Assembly: GCA_964016885.1 (NCBI GenBank)
Contig: OZ024748.1
Span: 49,104,001 to 49,168,000, forward strand
Direction of reading: 5' to 3'
Length of the DNA: 64,000 nucleotides
From: Eledone cirrhosa
Lineage: Eukaryota
Positions 51,329 to 64,000 of this stretch are shown piece by piece; position 1 is the stretch's first letter; every line of letters begins with the position of its first letter. The position numbers and the translations under genes are program-made. A model generated the notes under the pieces. The model was given only the letters and a program-made list of their open reading frames with translations, was not told where the DNA came from and did not search any database.

Positions 51329-52607
51329 ATATCCACAATATCTTTTGCAATGTTTGAACTTTAGAAGCGCATAGATTATGAGGTTTATAGAAAATGCGTG
51401 TGTGTGTGTAGGTAAAATTTAAAATGTTTTTTTGCTTGCAATGCTTACTTTTAATATACTGTACATAATTACACCTAAATATAATTTGTATAAATGAAGC
51501 TCTATAAAATATAGTTAATCTTTATAGTTTTAATTTAACATATACTTACATATATAAATTTATATATATAATCTCATCATCATCATTTTACATCCGCTTT
51601 TCCCTGCTTGCAAGGGTGGGACGGGAACTGATTCTGGCTTGATTTCTACAGCTGGATGCCCTTCCTAACACCAACCTCATCTACAGTGAGTGCTGGGTGC
51701 TTTTTTTTTCCGTGGCGCCTACACGTCCACTTTACAGTGTGGGCTGGATGCTTTTTTGCCGTGGCACCTCCATGACCACTTTGCAGTGGAATGATAGGGA
51801 CCCCAGTCCTATCATCTCATTTCTACAGCTGAGTAAACTGGAGCAATGTGAAATAAAGTGTCTTGCTCAAGGAAACAACACATCATCCGGTCTGAGAATA
51901 GAACTCACAACCTTTCGATTGCAAGCCCAATGCTCTCACCACTAAGCCATGAGCCTCCACATATATATATCACCATCACCATTTAACGTCCATTTTCGAT
52001 GCTAGCACGGGTGAAACGAGTTGCCCTGTTATGAGACAAGCCAGGTCTGATGACCATGACTTGCTAATACATGACTGGTTTTGGCTTGGTTTCTACGGCT
52101 GGATGCCTTTCCTAACACCAATCACATTTACAGTGGGTGCTAGGTGCTTTTGTTATGTCACTTACATGTCAACTTTACAGTGTTGGAGTGGGTACTTTTT
52201 GTCATGACTCCTACATGACCACTTTACAGTGTGGACTGGGTGCTTTTTGTCGTGACATCTACATGACTACTTTATAGTGTTGGCTGGGCACTTTTTGTTG
52301 TGTCACCACGACGACCACTTTACATTGTGGGCTGGGGATGTGGGGGGTGTGAGGCAGGATGGTCAGGCATGGGTAGAGTGTTAGGACATGGGAGGTGCAA
52401 GAGGGGGGGGGTATTAGGGCGTGAGGGTGTATGGAAGGAGGAGGGGGAAGTGATGCATGCTTCAACCTGTGCAGATGGGGAGGTGGGTTGGGTCCTCTGT
52501 ATTACTTCATAACACCAAAGATCTTGATCCAGTGTCGTCACCTTCAAGAGGTGCAATTGTGCAAGGTCATGTGTGTGTTTATATATGTATGTGGAAAATA
52601 AATTTAC

Positions 52608-52675
52608 CTTGAATAACTTGCTGTCTGTAAAGAGGTGATTCCTGCATGAGATTCTGCAGGGCTTGGAATGCCAGC
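52608..52675 (-). CDS. fry: Protein furry, internal exon (LAFQALQNLMQESPLYRQQVIQ)
   Basis: AG/GT, phase 2 to 1. Confidence 0.9.
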
Positions 52676-54326
52676 CTACAGGAACAAATGATAAAATAAA
52701 TAGATATAAAATAAAAGATCCTACCTATAAAAATATAATATTAGAAAGGAGGGTTATGCCCATTCCATGTAAAGAAGCTACAAATTCTCAAAAATTACTC
52801 TTCTTCGCCAACTTATTCCTGTGAAGGTCGTGGGGGAAGAGACCTCAAACACTCCTTCCAGCGGGTTCTATCAGAAGTAACCATCTCTAATTGATCTGAC
52901 TGGATCCCTAAGTGAAACTAACCAAGCCCATGGATTTTATCCAACTATCTTCGCTAACCCATGCTAGCATGGAAGATGGACATTAAACAATGATGATGAT
53001 ATCTTGCATGTGGTCTACTCTTGGATTTCCTGCCGATTCTTTCTTGTCAAGCGATTCTTTCTTCAGACATTCTCATCACATGCCCATAATATCAGAGCTG
53101 TAATCTCTCAATTCGGAGTAATATTGGCTCTACCTGGAGCTATGCACACTATTGAGTAACATTACTCCAAAGATCCTTTGCAGAAAGCCCATATCAGCCA
53201 CTTGTATTCGGAAGGGTGCAAACCATTACAAAAATTACTCAGAACAGTAAATTTAATGATCGATTAAAATGTCTAATGTTCTACACTTGTCGAGTCTTGT
53301 ATTTTGGTATTATGGAAACTTTTGATTTCTCTTTGAAAATTTGAACTGAAATGAAATTTTGTCAGTTTCAATCATGAGTGCTCCAGTTGATTGAGCTTGC
53401 TCCTGAAATTAACATGTAAGTGGCTGAGCATTCCACAAACACGTGCACCAACAGTTCCTAACAAACCATCTTTCAAAAACCTTCCAAGTACTTCAAACTT
53501 CATTTATGTCATCTAACACACTCAGTTTCTCTCTAAGAACCTCTTCCCTCACTCTTGCTTTTTATTAACCCCAACACCTCCAGCCTTGGTTGATATTTCC
53601 TCTACTGAGATTTCCTCCTCTTACCTTTCAGACTCAGATTACAGACAACTAGATGGCGCTGTGTAACAACTTCCTCCTTTGGGATTACCTTTGTATCGTG
53701 AACGTTTCTCCTATCTTGCCTCCCACACCAATTGGTAGTCAACAATTGATATCAACCCACCTGATGTATATGTAACTAGTTTGTTGTCTTCTAAACTGGG
53801 TACACACAATATGTACAGATATAGTGTACCTATTCTAAACTGGGTACATGATGTGAGTAGAGGGATTTGAGATGTCAGAAATGATTAACAGTAGACATTA
53901 TAGGGTTGAATATAGTAACACTAGAGAAGTAAACACTGTAACCCTACTTAGTCTAACACACTACTAATTCTGTTAATAACACTAGAGGTAACTGTGGTCT
54001 CTTTCTCTTCTTTAGATAGATAAGACATTTAAACTAATGTGGTATAAGGCTCCATCAAATGAAATGTCCAAATGTTCTTCTATATTTATTTAACCATTCC
54101 TAACTATTGGGACATCTCACTGGTTGATCTTCTCCAGAATGAGATATACCTGTTGTTCATAAATGTCCAACACAACTCCATCCTGTGGCCAGAAAATATC
54201 ACATGTCCCCTCTGGAGCAAACAACCACAACCTCCTTCCCTAAACAAATGTTAGCCAAGAGAGTGAAACAGCTTGTGACACTGCTGTTGCTTCTTGCCTC
54301 CCATTATGTGACATCATTGCGTCACC

Positions 54327-54595
54327 CTTCTACTTCTGGCAAGGCCCTCCAGCCCCATAACATCACTGGTCCTTCTACTACCAGCAAGGCCCTCCAGCCC
54401 CATGATGTCACTGGCCCTTCTACTACCAGCAAGGCCCTCCAGCCCCATGATGTCACTGGCCCTTCTACTACCAGCAAGGCCCTCCAGCCCCATGATGTCA
54501 CTGGCCCTTCTACTACCAGCAAGGCCCTCCAGCCCCATGACATCACTGGCCCTTCTACTACCAGCAAGGCCCTCCAGCCTCACAATGTCACTGAC
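54327..54595. repeat. 45-bp minisatellite, ~6 copies
   Basis: Unit CCTTCTACTACCAGCAAGGCCCTCCAGCCCCATGATGTCACTGGC. Confidence 0.9.
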
Positions 54596-54663
54596 CTCCA
54601 CTTATACTTCTGGCAAGGCCTATATCCCCACAGCTAACAAGACCTTCAGTATTATTATATTTA

Positions 54664-54864
<201 letters not shown>

Positions 54865-55439
54865 TCACCAAATTTCACTGAGAAAAGGATTCTCTGATCC
54901 AGACATACAATAGAAGACACACATGAGGCTATGCAAAAGAAATAAAATCTAGAATGACGTTGTTGCAAAGCAAACTTTTCACAATACCACCACCAACAAC
55001 AATAATAGAAAACTGTGTTTTATTAGAAGGGGGCTACAGCAATGTAAATGACTGATGAAGGGATTTTATCCTGAAATGTTAAGGACTATTAAACAACTCG
55101 AAGGTAACAATTTGTTATCATTATTTGTCTTTGTTATCATTATTTTCAATATTTAATGTCCCATTTGCATTGATGTGGCCTGTAGCCTTCTAATTAAAAT
55201 CAACATCAGTATACATCTAATGTCTAGTTTTTTTATAAACTCTATTTTCTAAATATGAGAGTGTGCCATTGAAAAGTAAGGGGAGGAGGGGGGGGAGAGT
55301 ACCACATAATACTGCCCTCCCGTTAACATAGGGGAGTCAACATTCTCAATGGAACATGTCTCAAAAAAGTGGATACATGCCAGTTAACACACATCAGAGC
55401 CAACACTCAAGAAACCCCCTTTCCAAATCAACAAACTGT

Positions 55440-55682
55440 CAACAACATTTCCCAACTGAAACACACAAGAATCAACATTCCACCAACAACATTTCCCAAC
55501 TAAAACACACAAGAATCAACATTCCACCAACAACATTTCCCAACTAAAACACACAAGAATCAACATTCCACCAACAACATTTTCCAACTAAAACACACAA
55601 GAATCAACATTCCACCAACAACATTTCCCAACTAAAACACACAAGAATCAACATTCCACCAACAACATTTTCCAACTAAAAA
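55440..55682. repeat. 44-bp minisatellite, ~5.5 copies
   Basis: Unit AACAACATTTCCCAACTAAAACACACAAGAATCAACATTCCACC. Confidence 0.9.
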
Positions 55683-55693
55683 CTTGGTCATTA

Positions 55694-56077
<384 letters not shown>

Positions 56078-56795
56078 CTATAGTAATTCATACTTCTCAT
56101 AACACACTCTTTTTGTTTTCTTTATTTTTTTTAACAACTGTTTTCTAAAATTTGATGGTAATTTGAGATAATTTCTTTTACAGCTTAACATCTTCAACAA
56201 CATCGTCATTTTTATGTCTGTTTTTCCACACTTGCATGAGTTGGATAGTATGTTTATTAAACTAAAGATGAAATATTGATAAAAACTGTACAATATAAAT
56301 ATGGTTTGTTAATTGTTTGTTCCATGGTCGATGTTACCATTAGTTGTAGATGTCACCATTAGTTGTAGATGTTTGATGTGGGGAAGGCGATTCCCCCGCC
56401 TCATCACAATATAAAGTTACAAGTGAACAAAACCACTTATCAAAAATATTTTATTTCGAGATAAGAAATACAACTAGATCATGTGGCAAATAGTAACAGA
56501 ACAGGAAAGGTTTGAAATAGCAAAAAGTATATTTCTGATAATCCCAATTTTCAAAAAGGGAGACAAAAGAAATTGCTCCAATTATAGAGGGATCTCCTTG
56601 TAAAACTTCCCCAGTAAAGTCTATGCTAAGTGTCTGGGTTTAAATTTTAGTCCAAACTAGCTGACTCTGCCAATTTGCCATCTCCCTTTAAAATATAACA
56701 TCCACAGAATTTGTTTATCACACTCTTATGAAATAACAATGATATCTGTCACACGTGTTATACAGTGATATCATCTATATATTTATCCTATTTCA

Positions 56796-56951
<156 letters not shown>

Positions 56952-57721
56952 TTAACACAAATTGATGAAATATCGCTGCTGCTGCTGATAATGATCATCA
57001 TCATCATGATAATCACAATGATAATATATTATATTGAAACAATACCACTAAAGCTAAGCACTGTGAAGGCGCATGGCTTAGTGGTTAGAGAATTGGGCTT
57101 GCAATCGAAAGGTTGTGAGTTCAATTCTCGGACCGGGTGATGTGTTGTATCCTTGAGCAAGACACTTTATTTCACGTTTCTCCAGTTTACTCAGTTGTAG
57201 AAATGAGATGATAGGACTGGGGTACCTATCATTAAATTACCCAAGACACCACCAATGAGATATACCTTGGAGGAGGCCAGCTAAACCTGCATAGGTGTGA
57301 GCTGTCACACACACACACTAAAGCTAAGCATTAGTGCGGTTACTGAAAGCATTTATATTTCTCAACTACACACACACATATACATATATATAAAATTGAA
57401 ATCGTCTGTGTGTGTCTCCTAAGTTTTGCAAAGTCTATACAAATCGACATTTCTACTCCGATTGACTTCAAACTTGCATTTATATATTCCTTGCGGCTTT
57501 TATTTTTCAATTTTCTGTTGTTAAAGGCGTGTTAGGCACCGGTTATCGATCTCTCTCTCTCTCTTTATTAGTCTGTCTTTTTAGATAGATACATAGCTAT
57601 AAGGTATCTATCTAAAAAGAAAGACACAATTAAAAACTTAGATTTTTCTACAATGACAAGATGGCCTAAGTTGGAATACCTTTCATAATAGGTCTGCTTC
57701 ACCAGGGTTTATCCAGGTCTA

Positions 57722-57919
<198 letters not shown>

Positions 57920-58481
57920 TTATTGAAATAGTGATGAGTTCTAACATTAGTACAACCTTACTGATTTGTATGCTTACAGCTGACTATATTGATACCAGTA
58001 TATAACCAATACCTTTTTATTGAACTTAAAATTAAATCAAACCCAGAATGATCATCATAATGATTTCTGATTTAGGCATAAGGCTAGCAATTTGTGGGGA
58101 GGAGAAAGTCCATTATATCAACTCCAGTACTTTATTTTATCGACCCTGTAACAACGAAAGGCAAAGCTAACATCGGCAGGATTTGAACTCTGAACACAAA
58201 AGGCTGTAACTCAATCCTGGAAAGCATGTTGTCTGACACACTACCGATACGGCCAATCTACTGCCCTTTACAATGATAATAGTTTCTGATTTAGGCACAA
58301 GGCCAACAATTTTGGCATAAAGGAAAGTCGATTAAATCACCCCCAATGCAATACTGCCAATCCACCAAATAAAAATGTAACAGATATAATAGTAATAGCA
58401 ATCATAAATAATTTTATAAAATTGATAAATCAAACAATAATATAAGATAAATATTAGACTCAACTCTGGTTAAATAACTTA

Positions 58482-58703
<222 letters not shown>

Positions 58704-58993
58704 TTATGGGGTCATTGGAATGAATAGAGAATGTTAAGTATTGATTTTTAGAAAACCAAGAATAAATTTATTACTGACATTTTCAATGTAAAATTATATT
58801 AGGGATCATAAGCATCAATCTGAGAAACAAAATGGCTAATATACTCTCAAACACAAAATGGCTAATGTACTCTTAAATACAAAACCTTTTACCTAAAATA
58901 ACTCAAATAACACAAATATTTAATGACACAGACATGCCTCTCTTATCAAGGAAAACAACATTAATGAAGTGTTTGTATTTTGTTTCAACTAAC

Positions 58994-59092
58994 CATAGTA
59001 TGTTTCTTTTTAGTAGCCATGTCGATGGATGTCGTATACAACATGTCAACAAAGATTTTTAGTACAGGTACATTTACTTCAGTCTTCACTTT
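58994..59092 (-). CDS. fry: Protein furry, internal exon (KVKTEVNVPVLKIFVDMLY...KKKHTM)
   Basis: VK.EVNVP motif; AG/GT, phase 0. Confidence 0.94.
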
Positions 59093-60079
59093 CTACAAGT
59101 AAACAAGAAACAGTAACAACAATAAATAGAAGGAAATACAGCAATAACAAAATATAAATATTTATTAAGTAGAGTATAATCAATATGAAGTATTGTGGCA
59201 TCATCATCATCGTTTAACGGCTATCTTCCACGCTAGCATGGGTGAGTCGGGAATTGTCCCACTTGAGGCAAGATTGGTTGGGTGACTGTGTCTCGCTCGT
59301 ATAGGACTGTTTTCTATGGCTGGATGCCCTTCCTAACATCAACCACATTTACAATGTGGACTGGGAGGTTTTTTACCGTGTTACCACACAGCCACATTAC
59401 AGCGTAGACTGTGTGTTTTTTTTGTCGTGACACCTACACGATCTCATTAGTTTGGACTGGATGTTGTGGTACCAACATAACTTTACAGATTAAAAACAAT
59501 CTTTGTTTGTTTGGAAGTTCTGTTGAACCTACAGACATACAGGTCTGTTACTTAGTTGTTGATTGACCTCTTGAAATGAGTTGTTATCAATTACATTCAG
59601 GTTCAATTCCTCTCCCTTGTTATAAAATAGTATATTTTATTATTACCATTTCTCCTCTTCCATTCTGTCTTCTTTTGATATTGGTGGCTGCTTTTGAATG
59701 TATAGAGATGCCATTTGGAATATCTTCTTTATATGTTGGTGGCACTAAGACAACATTTAAGCATAATAGAGGTATATATGTAAACATATATAAGTTTATA
59801 TACAATAAACACATGGGTAGCCTCTTCTTTCATCATCATCATCATTTTATGTCTGCTTTTCCTTGCTTGCAAGGGTAGGATGGGACCTTTTCAGCATAGC
59901 ATCTCTCCATTTGTCACGGTCCTTTGTTATCTCCTCTGTGAGCTTCAGTGATCTGAGGTCAGCTCTCACCACCTCCGCCCATGATTATAGTACAATATTT
60001 TGTGTGTTCTTAAAAAACTAAGATGGCTCTTCCAAGAGACAGAATATTTATTCGACTGAAACATGTACTGGTGTCAACA

Positions 60080-61605
<1,526 letters not shown>

Positions 61606-62081
61606 TCATAGTACGATATTGTAAAGGGAGAGAGAGAGAGAGAGAGAGGGGGAGAGAAGATTTAGTAAGTAAAAAAATATATTTGTTTTTATTTATATAA
61701 ACTATATTACAGCTTGAAGAACTGATACCATACATAAGACCTTATGCCATACATAAGACCTTATGCCATACATAAGACCTTAAGCCATACATAAGACCTT
61801 ATTATGGCTTTAATATAATTGCATGATGCTAAAAAAACTAACATTTTCCTTCACCCATCTAATTACTGTCTTGCATGTGTGTTTTTAAAAAAAAAAGACA
61901 TTTTAATATCTACCATTTATTGACCCTGATTTGGTATTTTGGGGGGACATGCATCCTCCAAATCTTTGATTTCCTGATAAGATTTTTATATGTTATTACA
62001 ACTGTTTTATTGAGTTGATAGATTAATTTATTAATCTGCAATTAATTAATCTTTTTCAGAACTTGACATATTGCTTATTAC

Positions 62082-62205
62082 CTTCACTCTGAAGAATTTT
62101 AAACCTCGAAGTAAACTGATGATACTTTGGGTGGTATTGGTGTTTTGGTCGCGGCATTTTAAGTCTTTCAACTCATTCAGAAAATTATTTCGAATATGAG
62201 AAAAC
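62082..62205 (-). CDS. fry: Protein furry, internal exon (FSHIRNNFLNELKDL...QSIISLLRGLKFFRVK); most 5' exon in the window
   Basis: QSIISL..G.KFFR.K motif; AG/GT, phase 2 to 0. Confidence 0.95.
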
Positions 62206-62599
62206 CTAATTATAGAGAAAAATGAGAACAAAAAGGTTTTAATGAGAATGGTTTCTGATTTATACATAAGGCCAACAATTTTGGGGGAGGGGAGAGTTGA
62301 TAAAGTCAACACCTGTGTGTTACTGGTATTTTATTTTATCAACTTTGTAAAGGTGAAATGCAAAGCTAATCTCAGCAGGATTTGAACTCGGAACGTGAAG
62401 GGCCGTAACTATATGCTACAGAGCATATTGTCTGATGCTCTACCAATATTGCCAATCCACCGCCAGAGGCTTTAATGATAATGACATAAAAAATAACAAC
62501 AGTAACATTGGTTGACAACATCAGCCTAAATCTCATTTGTTAACTCTTTTGTTGACACATTTCTATTAAAATACACAGCAAATGTGTTTCAATTAATTT

Positions 62600-63090
62600 T
62601 GAAAATAAACAAATATTTAGATTGGGGTCATCATTCCATCCAATCACTCCTTTCCATGTCAATATCCACATCAGGATATATGACTCAGTCTTGACTTCAT
62701 CTAACGCTGCAGCGACATCATCAAGAAAAGATCTGTATTCGGACTCCTTATTTGGTGCATAAATTTGCACTAGCCACAGAGACCTATCTTTCAGCCTAAG
62801 CTTTATGAGGCAAAATCCTCCCTCTTAATGCGATCCAGTCCATAACACATTCTGACAGCTAGGAGCTTGTGAGGATCCTAACTCCTGCCTGTACAGTCAT
62901 TTCTGGTACCACACCCGAATAGTGGAGTTTCACTCCTCTATCCAAATCTGCAATATCAGAGCCATGGGACTTTGTTGAGGAAACCCCGACTATATCTAGC
63001 CAGAAGCATCTAGCCTCCTCCTCTAGTTCCTGCTACTTAACTGTAAGGGTTGTGATGATGGTCCAGGTTCTAATTGTCAAAGTTTGCACC
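62600..63090 (-). mobile_element. LINE AP-endonuclease fragment
   Basis: VQIYAPN..SEY..FLDD motif with disruptions. Confidence 0.6.
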
Positions 63091-63199
63091 CTTCTGAACC
63101 CTCTTTGGAGTCTCATGATATGCAATTTTTATGCGTCCATCCCACACCTCCTAGGACAGGTCATAGGCCCATCGCCAGTTTTTATGACATGAAATGGAG

Positions 63200-64000
63200 A
63201 CCGCAATATATTTGTGTTCGGATAAATGGTGCTAAATCGAAACTATTCAATGTGGGAGTCTGACTCGGCCAAGAGTGCGTACTGACACCTCTCCTGTTCA
63301 TTGTTTACATGAACAGGATTGACATGTGTAGCCGGGCTGGAAGTGGTATCGTGACTGGCAGGTGTAAAATCAGTGGGCTGGAATTTGCAGACGATATGAT
63401 GTTACTTAACTCAACAGAAGGTGATCTCCGACTTGCACTCGATAGGTTTGATGCCAAGTGCTGCATGGCTGGAATGAAAACCAGTGCTGCATAAACTGAG
63501 ACACTGGTCCTTTCTAGGAAGCCTGAGCAGTGCACTCTACAGTGTGAATGGAGTTCCACTGAAGCAAGTGGAGAAGTTCAAGTATCTTGGGGCTGTGTTC
63601 ACAAGTGATGGAAGGCAGGAGACTGAAATAAGTTCAAGAATTGCAGAGGAGCTGGTGCAGTAATGCGCCAACTTCAGCATTCAGTAATCAGGAGAAGGGA
63701 GGTAGGTGTAAAAACTAATTCGCTATCTCCAATTAAGTATTCATGCCAACCCTTACCTATGGTCATGAACCTTGGGTAATGACTGAAAGAATACGATCGT
63801 GAATACAAGTGTCTGAAATGGGGTTCCTCTGAAGGGTCTTTGGAGTAACATTACTTGATAAAGTATGCAGTTCGGAGATCACTGAGTCACTCCAGGTAGA
63901 GTCGCTACTTCTCCGAATTGAAAGACCATAGCTCGGATACTATGGACATGTGGTTAGACAGGACAGATTTTAGGGACAAAACCAAATGGCAGGAGACCCA
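63200..64000 (+). mobile_element. RTE-like LINE RT fragment
   Basis: GQECVLTPLLFIVYM, LEFADDMML and QVEKFKYLG motifs. Confidence 0.8.

Overview
AT-rich, microsatellite-dense animal genomic DNA. The SINE repertoire suggests an octopus or other coleoid cephalopod (inference). The window is the internal part of a furry (FRY/FRYL family) gene on the minus strand: 31 coding exons traced by hand from 62205 to 7127, about 1,661 codons. Splice phases are consistent at all 30 introns, one of which is GC-AG, and both ends of the gene lie outside the window. The introns hold tRNA-derived SINEs, LINE fragments (CR1/L2, RTE), MITEs, Helitrons, a Penelope-like GIY-YIG remnant, an orphan 5S rRNA copy and several minisatellites. 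The main finding is at 1-5571: an array of identical 480-bp units, each carrying a Type I hammerhead ribozyme motif (long bulged helix I, palindromic mini helix III). The array inverts head-to-head inside the ribozyme and ends in a (TA)n tract. This matches a very young non-LTR retrozyme (circular-RNA retroelement, probably mobilised by a Penelope-like element). A second, unrelated intronic hammerhead with a compensatory U3-A8 core sits at 10210-10258, and several decayed hammerheads are also present.
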